Source: Felis catus (lineage: Eukaryota). From it: 64,000 nt of DNA. The notes beneath the pieces are model-generated. The model was not told the origin of the DNA, ran no database searches, and was given only the letters and a program-made list of their open reading frames with translations. Positions 23,986-36,051 of this stretch are shown here, piece after piece. Both the position numbers and the translations under genes were made by a program. The first letter of the stretch is position 1; each line of letters starts with the position of its first letter. The stretch spans positions 10,480,001-10,544,000 of the forward strand of contig NC_058369.1 of assembly GCF_018350175.1 (NCBI RefSeq). Reading direction: 5' to 3'.

Positions 23986-26900
23986 TGAAATAATTTTTCA
24001 TCTTGCCATGTATTTTATTTTGTTTTATTTTATTTTATTTTCACAGAGGGAGAGAGAGAGAGAGAGAGAGAGCAGGGGAGAGGGGCAGAGGGAGAGAGAA
24101 TATCTTTAGTAGGCTCTGCACTGACGCTGGGATCATGACCTGAGCCCAAATCAAGAGGTGGAGGCTCAACCAACTGAGCCACCCAGTGCCCCAGCATCTT
24201 GCCCCTTCTTATTGACGGTTTATTTGAGTGGTTTGTGTTTTCCCGTCTTCCGATGCCACAGTGAACACGCTGAGGCCATCTTTTCCCTTGAGGTCCCTAC
24301 TTCAGAGACTTTTAAGAACAGAGAAGACTGTGGTCCACTGGATGAAGAGGACCTCAGCTGGACTCAGCTCTTCGTGGCCGATTCCTGGAAGTTGGAATCC
24401 GCAGAATCTGGAAACGGGAAGTTTGTGCCTAGAGGAGCCTGGACACCAGAAACTCTTGTCTCCTGAATCCGAGACTGTGAATCTGCAGTAAGTGGACTTG
24501 AAGTGTCCGTGTTGGGGGGGGGGGGCCAGAAATCCAGAAACACGATCAGGAACTCAAGGCTTGGGCACTGGGGATTCTGTGAAGCCGGGAAGTAGGCGTT
24601 CCGAACGTGGGGGATGTGAGGAGTTGGAAGAATGGAGAGCCTGAAAAGGAATTGGGGACAGTCAGACAATGGGAGAGACTGTGGTGGGCCAAAGGGATCA
24701 CCCATAGCGGCAGTCTCTGGTGCAGGGGTCCTGATGGGGGAATGCGAACCTGATGGAGGGGACGGGGGTAGGAGTCGGGGTGGAGCGGGAGGGGTGGGCT
24801 TCTGGAGGAGCCGGATGGGGAAAATCTGGAGCAGTGCCGGAAAGAGTCAGGGAGGATAGTGAGAGGGTTTTGAAATGAGGAAGCTAAGACGTATGCTATA
24901 AAACAGTTGCCTAAAGTGAAAAAACCGGCAAATAGCTGAGCCAGCATTTAAACTCAGGTCGGTACAAACTGAATTTCCCAGCTGTAAACACCCTAAGAGT
25001 GTGGGAGAAGGTCAATCTGGGATTTCTGCTTGGGACTTTGTTTTGTAGGGTTTTTTGTTTTTGTTTTTGTTTTGAGAGAGAGAGAGCATGACAGCACGAG
25101 TGGGGGAGGGGCAAAGAGAATCCCAAGCAGGCTCCAGTGAAGAAAGAGCCCATCTCAGATTTCGATCCCACGACCCTGGGTTCATGTCCTGAGCTGAAAT
25201 CAAGAGTCAAACACTCAACTGACCACCCAGAGGGAGAGAGAGAATCCCAAGCAGACATCACTTTCAGTGTGGAGCCTTTGATAGGGTTTGATCCCGCGAC
25301 TGTGAGATCATAACCTGAGCTGAAATCAAGAGTTGGATGCTCAACAAACTGAGCCACCCAGGAACCCCTAGATGTGAGCACTTTAAAGTGAGAATGAGAT
25401 AGTTATACACATCATGTGAATGTCTTTCTTTATGCTTTATGGCAACTTTGAATTTTCTTTTTCTTTTTCAAATCACAAGTATGTGGATATTGTCTTTTTA
25501 AAAATAGTGTTGTCAATGTATATATACAGCAACATAGGGAAAACCTCCCCTACCTACCATGGCTGCCTCCTCCAATACCTAGGCACATGTGGATGTGCAT
25601 TTCCCCTCCTTTACAAAGCCTCTCATGATCTACACTTTGAAATGTACCTAATAACTTTGCTAAATGCTAACATATATACATTTATGTATAAATATCTTAA
25701 AATCTTGTACCAAACTATGAGAACAGAAGTGTTCTTAGGACCCAGCCCGGTAGAGTGGTTGAAATACGAAGGAGATGGAGCAAGCTCACGTAGAAAGATA
25801 GCGATATTCCAGGGAGTGTGGACACATGGAAACCAGAGACCAAGAGGAGTATTGTGACATGGAGGAAGCCAACACAGCATCCAGTACACCAAGAGTTCCA
25901 AATGCTGCTAAGACCGCTAAGAGGACCAAAAGATATTCATGAGTAGAGACCATTGGTGTCCTAAGACAGAGGCCTTTTGGTGGAATGATGGAGGCAAAAT
26001 CCAGGTTCGAACATCTAGAGGAAGAAGAAGAAGGAAGCATAAATAAAACATTAGTACTTCTTGGGGCGGCTTGGTGGCTCAGCTGGTTGAGCATCCGACT
26101 CTTGATTTCTGAATCAGGTCATGATCCCGTGGTCGTGGGATCGAGCCCTGAGTCGGGCTCCACACTGAGCGTGGAGTCTGCTTAAGATTCTCTCCCTCTG
26201 CCCCTCTCCCCCAGTCACACACACACACACACATACACACACACACTCTCTCTCTCTATAAAATAAAAAAAAAAAAATTAAAATAGATCAGAGTAAGTGA
26301 GACATGTAATGTGTTACAATGCAGCTGTTGAGAACATGAGAACCAATATACCAGAGATAAAATGTGTGAACCGTAACGTTAAGCCACTGGGAAGTCAAGA
26401 GGGTCAGGAACCAAAGTACAGGTAGAGGGATTGGCCTTAAAAACTAGGAGGCATATTTTGTGTATGTGCGGTCACAAGAGGGAATGAGGACACAGTGAAC
26501 TAGATGCCAAATGGCTGGTGTTTTTGAGAGTGCAAAAGTAACCTTGTTTCTTCCTGCTGACTTGTGTTTTCTCTATGAAGAAGTCAGTACGCACATCTGC
26601 TGGGAGGAGGAAAGAGTTTGAAGGATGAGATTTTGATGAGTAGACCATTTGGGAAGGAACAGTTTTAGAGGGAGGACAGGCAAGTTGGGGAGAGATGTGT
26701 AGACGACTTGCCAGGCAGGGTGAGGATGGGGGGTGGGGAATGAAGTTGGGAGAAAGTAGAGGAGGCTGAAGACCTTGCATAATTTATATAAAGCCCGTGA
26801 GTCTCTCTGGAATGACCTGGGAGAAAAGATGTGCATGGCTCTGTGCACTTTGAGCATTAACCATCTGCTCCACACCATTCATTTCTGATTAGTTAGCTGA

Positions 26901-27233
26901 CCAAGCTTCCTTCTCTGCTTATAAGTATCTACATTTGTATCTTCTCACCAAGCACAATTAGAAACCCTATGCAACATTTTGCACAAAGTGGGTGCTCCAC
27001 AAACGTGGGGAAAGAGGACAGTCATGTGCAAGGGTCACTGTGAACATAGAAGCTCAGCGAGTGAAAGTATAGGAAGAGCTCGTTTCAAGACAGAGAAGTG
27101 CCTTCAAGTGAGTCCAGGCATGAGCCTTCCTAGGGCATCGCCTGCTATCTGCACAGGTTGTCCAGTGAGGCAGGCATGAGACGCCCAAGCAGATTGGCTA
27201 GGGAAGTGCTCTGGGAACACTGCATAATCTTAC

Positions 27234-27344
27234 CGCACTGTGCTTGGAGGCATCAGACACGGTCCCGCTTGAGAGCGTGTAATTCTCAGGCTCGGCTTTG
27301 GCTTTCCTGACCCCTCTGAACCATTTCCCGTACTGCTCCCGGAC
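27234..27344 (-). CDS. ADGRE2: Gene B exon 17, C-tail ([37 protein letters not shown])
   Basis: 111 nt, donor gtaaga. If unspliced it reads on VRLCSVPRALP* to a TAG at 27198-27200. Confidence 0.88.
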
Positions 27345-30300
27345 CTGCAGGGGCAAAGCACGCTCTGGGTCAGCTCACTGGGCGGGGTGGGGACAGGAAG
27401 AGTCCTGGATGGGGGCCAGACTGTGGTACCTGCTGGCTGAGGAGGCAGTACACCAGGAAGATGAACATTCCTTGCAGGCTGTTGATGATGGTGAAGAGGT
27501 AAGCCATGACGTGGGCAGCTGGCCCCACCTGCAGGAGGCCCAGACACCACGTGCAGCCCAGGATGAGGAGCTGAGCCGTCGCTTTGAATGTCAGCATCCT
27601 GGGTAGGAGGAGAGAGGAGGCTCGTGATGCACCCGGAGCAACAGCCCCCTCCCCACCCCACCTGTTTTCAAGTCCACTCCACGGATGCTTCCTACTGAGT
27701 AGCGATCAACTTGGATCTTTATCGTCAATGATTCCATAAAAAGAAATGGTGTTTGGGTCAGGGATGACAGTTTGACTAGGACTAGGGATGGTAGTGACAC
27801 TCCAGAATGTGAGTTTCAAAAAGGTCACGATGTTTCAGGAAGACCCCTAATTTTGCTCAGCTGACATTGTCGAGAACATTCTGTGCCCCTGGCCCTAGGC
27901 TGGGGCTTGGGCATTCAGAACAACCAAGACAAGACTTCTGTTTCCACAGCCCTTAGAGTCTGGCGGCAAGACAAAAACAAATGATCACTTATAACATTTG
28001 CAAAGTGAAGTACTTCTGCCCAGATCCCATCCAGGGCTGTTCCTGTCCCCACCTTCTCCATGACCTGACCCAGAATGTGCTTTGCCCAGAATAGAGGCCA
28101 CTGATTCTGTGCAAAGTTGAGGAAAGGAAACGGCATCCCCAAACTCCTAGATGATGTGACATGTGGTTGATGAACCTGCATTCACGTGGGGCAAGGGAAG
28201 GGGAAGGCAGGGGGCCTAAAACGCATGAAGGCATGACCATGAAAGGGTGCGCTGGGTTCTGGGAACGGTTATGCGATGTTTTGAGTGTGTTGTAAGGATA
28301 GAAATGTTCTCAGGACCTACTATGTGAGGCATGGAAGCAATCCCTGTGTATCAGGGCAAAGTCCATTCTCTCTGGACATGAGATCCTTGGAGCTCTGAGG
28401 ATAATGCTCTGGATGGGGGACATTCCTCTGACTCATCCTCACCTGGTGTTCTGGAGGGTGGACACATCTCTGTTGAGGGAGGAGAGCTTGTTTCTCACAA
28501 TCCAGAAGGTCATCAGAAAGAAGGCCAGATTAATCTGCAGAAAGCCCACAGGGGTATTAAATTCACTCCACATCTGGTAAGCATCCTCCCAGCTCATCCA
28601 ACCCCTAACCCGGCAGGTAAGAAGCCTTTGCGTTTTGTAGAAGTCCTAGAAGACTAGACCAACCACCCTGTAACTCAGGCATGTGTTTGTCCTGTAACTT
28701 TGGCGAGCACTTCGATGCAGTTCACATGGAAACTCCAAATTTTAGCACTGAAAGTCCCAGGTCTCAGGAAACATGTTAGTCCTATTGTTACAATGGAAAT
28801 TCCTGCATCCTGGGGGCGGGGGGGGTGTCTCTCATCAGTCCTGGGCCGACTGGAATGATTGCTCCCGCTGCCTGTAACCCTCCTGGTACACCTGGTCTTT
28901 GAATGACCGTCACTTGGGCAGGCAGGATGCTCTGATGTCACGTGTTACTCACGGAGAAGATGGTGCAGACGGGGCCCAGGAAGGTCCATACAAATCCTTT
29001 GTCTGTGTGGAGCCAGCATCTAAGAGAGAGATGAGAAGTGAGTCAAGAGAACATTGGCCTTTGTGGATAAAGAATCACTAGAATGTATAATATATAATGA
29101 TTGAATACTTCATAATGAACATTTAAAATAATTCAATCTTAAGGACTTAAAAACAGTTCAAGGAACACAATATTCCATCAGAGAGATGTCTTCGGAGTGG
29201 GCACTGACCTTTCCTCTGCCTATCATGTTCGGGGGAAACTAAATCGCTATTGGTTCTATGATGGCCACAGTTGTGCTGGAGAAGATGGGGGCAGTGGGAA
29301 TTGGCACTTACCTGGTGGGTGTTCCATAAAGGGAAGGTCTGGATGCAGCAGAAACGGCCACGATCAGAGCCGGGACTCCGTAGCCCACAGGGAACATGAG
29401 CCACTTCATGAGCCTGCTCACACTGGAGTAGTTGACCACCGTCAGGTTGCGTGCCGTGAGGAAGAGGTGTAGACCGTCCAACAGCATCCAGGTGAAGGAG
29501 GCCAGGTAGAGATAGTGTAAGGCCCCCGCGATGATGGCACACAGCAGCTGGGCGAGGAGGAAGGAGTCACCAGGAGGGACTGTCAGGGAGGAGGGTGGCC
29601 CCAGGACCCCTCCCACACCTTGCCAGCGGGGAGAACTCGTGTATATATATATAGGGTCGAGTTGTTGAGAGAGGATTGTCTTCTGCTTCATCAGTCAATG
29701 TGAAATAGGCTATTTACCCCTCTCCAGCCTCCCTGTCGCCCAGCGATATTGTGTTAAGGCATCAGTGCAGCAGGGCTCCACGAACTGAGCATCCCATGGC
29801 TCAGGGCAGGGGGTCCTCTGGGACGGTGTTAGTACCTTGATCTTGGTCTGGTCGATGGCCGTGAGGAAGAGCAGGTGGGCCAGGAAGAGGCAGATCGAGA
29901 GCTGCAGGTGGAGCGAGGTGCTGGTGTTCTGGATGGCTTTGCACAGGAGGAAGGTGAGGGCTGCCAGGAGGAGGCACAGCAGAGAGAGGCCCAGCCCCAC
30001 GTAGGTGATGACAGCCAGCACGGGATCCTCCTGCTCAGCCCCGTGAATGAGATCACAGTCACCTCTTTAAAAGCATAGACTAGAATGGTAAAACTTAAAA
30101 ACACTGATAGAAATGTTGCAAAATGGAACTTTTGGAACTCTCATACACTCCTGTGTGAGCATGTAAAAGGTAACAACTACTTTGGAATGGAGTTTGGGAG
30201 TTTTTTTATAAAGTTGAACATACATTAATGTTAAACACACACTTACCGTAGGACTCAGCAACTCCATTTCTGGGTATTTACCAAGAGAAATGAAAACGAA

Positions 30301-31269
30301 TGTCCATAAGACCAATGTTTACACATTTTCATAACAGCTCTATTCATAATAGCCCAAACTGGAAGAAATGCAAATGCCCATTAATTGGAGAACAGTTTGT
30401 GGTATAAAACAATCTGTGGTATAGTAATATGTTGGGATGCTATATAGCAATAAAAAGGAATGAATTATGTTTACACTCAGTAATACGAGAGAATCTCATA
30501 GAATGTTGAGCCTAAGAGCCAGGAACAAAAGAGAACAATTCCATTCTACTGAATGACTCTAGGACAGTCAGAATAAACTATAGCAACAAAATGAGATCTG
30601 TGGTTTCCTGGGGTTTGGGATGGGAGCACTGAGAGACTCCTGAGGGGCTTTCTGAGGTTACGGAAAAGTTCTGCCAGCTCAGTGGCCTTTAGAGCACGGG
30701 TTTTTTACAACTGTTAAAACTTACAAAGTGTATGCTTATAATCGGATTTCTATTGCAAATATATTGTATTCCAATAACGTCAGTTAAAAAAACGAGTTAC
30801 TTGAGTGCGTGATGCTAGAAGTAAAGCTTGTATAAACGCAGCTGTACCTATGTGATAGGATAACCCTCCTTCAAGACATCAAGCCTTTGAACCTACTAGG
30901 GTTGTATTTCGATGCTGAAATTTGTGTATCACTATGTTTATTAGCTTTACAAGTTGCTCTCCTGGAAATGATGCTTCAGTCCTACCCATCCCAGTGACCC
31001 GAGAGCACCTTCATGAGTATTTGTACCAGGTCAGCTAGAAAATAATCATATTCTTGGGCTGGGAAAAATAACACAGACCACAAAAACACAGACAATTATC
31101 TGTTTCCCCCACTCCCCTCCCATCTCTCCCCATTGCTAAGGATTCATTACAAATTGTAGTACTTATCACATTTTAAAGGAAATCCTTGTTCGAAAGAAAA
31201 AGTCAATTGTTCTGGTATTGAAAATGGTGGCCCAAAGGTTGCATGTGCACATGTGCTCACATGTACATG

Positions 31270-31310
<41 letters not shown>

Positions 31311-34300
31311 GTTCTTGGAAATAATTCAAATGCCACAAATGTAATAAAACCAAAACTGCCATTTCCACTTTCTCTAAAACGAGGGCATAATCGGAAGAGA
31401 AGCTAAAATCAGAGAAGATTGACTAGAAGTATACATTGGAGGAAACCAGAATAATCTGTGTCATGATCACAACAGTGGGAATGATGTAGGCAGGAGTTTC
31501 CATCCACCAGCTGGTTTAAAGAAGTTTGGCTCTGGTTGTGGAGGAAAACAGGTTTTGTACATGAAAACCCTACTGCTGACATTTAATTTTGCTTAGATAA
31601 ATTTTTATTTTTATTTATTTTTTTATTTTTATTTTTTTATTTATTTTTGGGACAGAGAGAGACAGAGCATGAACGGGGGAGGGGCAGAGAGAGAGGGAGA
31701 CACAGAATCGGAAACAGGCTCCAGGCTCTGAGCCATCAGCCCAGAACCCGATGCGGGGCTCGAACTCACGGACCGCGAGATCGTGACCTGGCTGAAGTCG
31801 GACGCTCAACCGACTGCGCCACCCAGGCGCCCCTAAATTTTTATTTTTTTTAATGTTTATTTATTTCTGAGACAGAGAGAGGCAGAGCATGAGTGGGAGA
31901 GGGGCAGAGAGAGAGGGAGACACAGAATCTGAAACAGACTCCAGGCTCTGAGCTGTCAGCACAGAGCCCGACACGGGGCTTGAACTCACGGACCACGAGA
32001 TCATGACCTGAGCCGAAGTCGGACGCTCAACCAACTGAGCCACCCAGGCACCCCTAGATAAATTTTTAAAAGTTACATAAAAATCACAAAACCCTGAACA
32101 TGTTTTTACATAAATATCTTGGAAATAACTCCCCCAGGAAACACCATCTGCCTTAATCATAAGTGATCGAAAGGATCTATACAACATATCACAAAAAAAT
32201 AAAAAGGAACAAACACAAGATCTATACAAAATATCACAAAAAAATTAAATGGAACAAACACAACATCTATACAAAATATCACAAAAAAGGAGAAAGAGAG
32301 TAAAAAATTTAAGTAAGGAATACTCACCAAATAATTGTTAACATGGGGCAGATAAAAGTTGTGACATTATTTACTCTGAATCAAAGCATGTAAGGAAGCT
32401 CTTGCCTTTATAAGCAAGAAATGAAAGCAGAGATACAAGGCCTCAGAGTAGAGAGATCTTGTGAAGTTGTGCATTAGAAAAACACAGTAAAGAAGTGGAA
32501 GAAAAAAAAAACCTCTGCAGTAATGAAGACAAAATTTGAAGAGCTCATATTAAGAATGGACCCTACTGAAGTGCAGTTTAAGAGATAGAACAGGAATGAA
32601 AAAAATGGGCAAAATTAAATTAATATAAAGAAAGAGGCAAAAGCAAATCAGAAGAACAAGAAATACGAGAGCGAGGTAAATGAGAGCCACAACATGCAGA
32701 GTTGGTCTTCAATGAAGAAAACCAAATCAATGAAGAGAACAAATGTTGGAACGTATATTTCAAGGCGTATTTTCAAAAATGAAAGAAGAGTCAAATCTAA
32801 ACACTTAAAAGAAACACTTTGAATGGTTGGGTGGGGGGATTAGCCAAGAATGACTGTACTGTTACCCAACTTTAAAATGTAAAGGAATCCATTGGGTGGC
32901 TACTGATATATGGCAATATTATATGTGTGTATTAAATGTATGTATCTCAAAGTTAGAACTATTACTCTGACATAGCAATGCTATTGCAACTTTGCAGAAA
33001 CGGAAGCTTGCACAAAATGTTTGTCGTTGGAGATTTGCTCAAGTATGGAACATCCACAGAATGGAAGCTGTGTAATTTAAAGATGAATGGTCAAGTTCTT
33101 TGTGTACTGATACAGAATCTCGTAAGTATTTGAAATGGAAAAAATGCCTAAGAATGAATATGTAGGCAATGCCTGGAGTGAAAATAAAATTACACATTAT
33201 ATGTATTTGCTTGTTTATACAAAAAATATCTCTAAAAGTGCTCAGAAGAAACTGAGATTTCTCCTAAGAAGAACCCTGATCACTGGGGGCCATGGGCGGG
33301 AAAGAGACTTTTCAATGTTACTCCTTCAACCATGTGAATATTTTTCATCTCTTCAGAAATGTAACCGGGAAAACTTGTACACCACATTTTATTCCTTGCT
33401 GAAATGGCGGGAGGAAACACGCTGTTTTGCGGGTGCTGTTTGAATTGGTCTGGATTCCCATGAGGCCTGGCCCTTTAGTTAAAAGAGTTCTGTCTGCTGT
33501 CACCTGGGAGGATCTCAATTCCTGGTGCCACCACCTACCCCGCCTCCCCCACCCCAGAAGGAGTAACCCTGTCACCCGGCCAGGAAAGGACGATGGTTTG
33601 GTCCTCGATGCTGATCTCCCTGGGTCCCTTCCGACCTCTCCCATCACATCCTTTCCTTTCTGGTTGCCTGTAGTCTCTAGCATCCTTGTCTCCATGGCCT
33701 CTCTCAGGGATCTCACCTGAATGTGGCCATGGGCCATGAGGACAGCAAAGCTGCTGAGGTGGGAGCACTGGCAGGTGGTGCTGGCGTCTCCGGTGGCCGC
33801 CATCCTGCAGCCCGTGGTGGACCAATGACCACATCCATCCTGACTGTGCTCCCAGAAGACACAGAACACCTTCTGGGTTGGCCTGGGTGTCACCGACTGT
33901 AGAAGAGAGCGTCGGTGGGAGCTGGAGACTCTTATCCAAAGCTGGTTTGCAAAGGACTTTCCTGGGGGAAGGAGGCGCCCACGGAGGAGGCCCCCAGGAC
34001 ACCAAGGGTGTTCTCGACAGTGAGGCTGAGCCCCGGACCCAGCCCAGTTCCTTGCCCAGCCACAGCCCCATTCCACCAGGACTCACGTGGTGGGAGAAGA
34101 TGAAGATGACGGGGGAGCTGAGGTTCTGGGTGTCCTTGTTGCTCACAAAGGCAGAGACGACATCTGAGAGCAGGACAGGGGAGCCTCCTGCCAGGAAGTC
34201 CCTGTGTTCACGCAGAACTGTCTGCTGCTTAGAGTCCAAGACCAGGGGCGCCTCAGCCAGTAACTTGCTCATCCCTGGAGTGGAGACGAGGCCCACCACA

Positions 34301-36012
34301 GAAGGACCTGCAGGACAAGGCCAAGATTGACATGTCAGGGTCGCTGCCAGGGCCCCTTTCTCCTCAAATGGACTCTCCCCTGTAGCCCCGCCCACCCTAC
34401 ACTTTCCTTTAATCTTTAATTCTGTGTCACATCCTGGCTGTCTGGTCCCATCGCAAGGTCTCAGGGGCCTTCCCTTCCCCACTGCAGTCGTTACCCAAGT
34501 CATTGGATTCCCGTGCCACATCCCACTTCAGCTGCATCTTTGCCTGGCTCTGGCCCAAGGTGACATCCCCGATTCCTTGGTCCTGCACCGTCAGAGACAG
34601 TCCTGTAGTGGTGGCAATGGCACGAGGGATGGGAGAAGTCAGGTTACTGCTTGCAGTGTTGGAATTAGATCTTTTTGGTATGCTGATAAACCGCATGAAT
34701 TTTAAGTATGAAATAAGAGTGATGTGGCTGTTTAATACTGTTATTTGAGCATTTACAAAATGTTTATTCATTGAGAGAGAGAGAGAGAGAGAGAGAAAGC
34801 AGGGGAGGGGCAGAGGAGGGGGGCAGAGAATCCCAAGTAGGCTCCATGCTGTTAGCACAGAGCCCAACATGGGGCTTGATCTCACAAGCCGAAAGATCAC
34901 GACCTGAGCTGAAATCAGAGTCAGACTCTTAACAAGCCACCCAGGCATCCTTTGACTATTTTTAAAAGCTGAAAACCAAAATGTTTCCAAAGATTGCACT
35001 TTTTTAGAAAATTTTCTACTGAATTTGCATAATCTCAAGGAAAGGAAGAAACTGCTAACAGACAAGGCAAGGCTTTTGTTGCGATGACAATTCTAACTCT
35101 GTGGGTAGTAAGTTTAGGAATTCCCTGAGCTTGCACCCATGGGTTAACAAGGCAGGGTGAAGTTGCCCAGTGCGGAGCTAATTAGCAAAAGAAAGGTGCC
35201 TTGTTGACCCTGAGGTAGCATGCTTTGTCTGTCTTGTCCCCTAGGCAAGTTAAGATAAACAGACTGGCGCCTCATGCCTGCTGTGAACAACTGGCACCAG
35301 GACTTTGTTTTTTATTGACCCAAACCCCTAACACCGCATATCTTCAAAACCCCCTTTCCCTCACTCCCATGAGTTAATGTTCACGGTTTCATTGTCTCTT
35401 CCTGCACGTCCGTCACGCTTGTAAGCCTTCTGATCCTAATAAAAATGGAGCAAGGACCCTTACTCGGCGCTCTTGTCTCCTCCCCGGACACTAGTCTCTC
35501 TCACATTTTAATCCTGCATCCGCTTTCTTGCTGGACAAGAGAGAACTCCAGACCCGGAGTCTACGACATAACTCTAAATCACAGATGCTCCAAATTTGAA
35601 TATAAACAACACTGCTGTTAAATCTGATGTAGGTATTTGCCACTCGAAGTCTGACAAGGTCTGGTGTCCAGACTATATAAAGAGTTCTTACAACTCAATA
35701 ATAAGACAAATAACCCAATTAAAAAACCCAAAGATGAGTTCGAGCCCCACTTGGAGCTCTAAGCTGACAGTGCAGAGCCTGGGTGGGATTCTCTCTCTCT
35801 CTCCCTCTCTTTCTGCCCCTTGCTCACTCACACCCTCTCTCTCTAAAAAAAAGGTTTTAAAAAATAAATAAAATAAAAAACCCAAAGAATGCAAAAATTC
35901 TAATTCAAAGGGATACATGCACCCTAACGTTTATAGCAGCATTGTCTACAGTAGCCGAAGTATGGAAAGAGTCCAAACATCTACCAACTGATGAATGGAT
36001 AAAGAATAGGTG

Positions 36013-36051
<39 letters not shown>

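Noticed and set aside
33345..34521. Long ORFs of 328 aa and 243 aa
   Set aside because: They are exons 10 and 11 of gene B read through GC-rich introns. Only the exon parts match ADGRE2.
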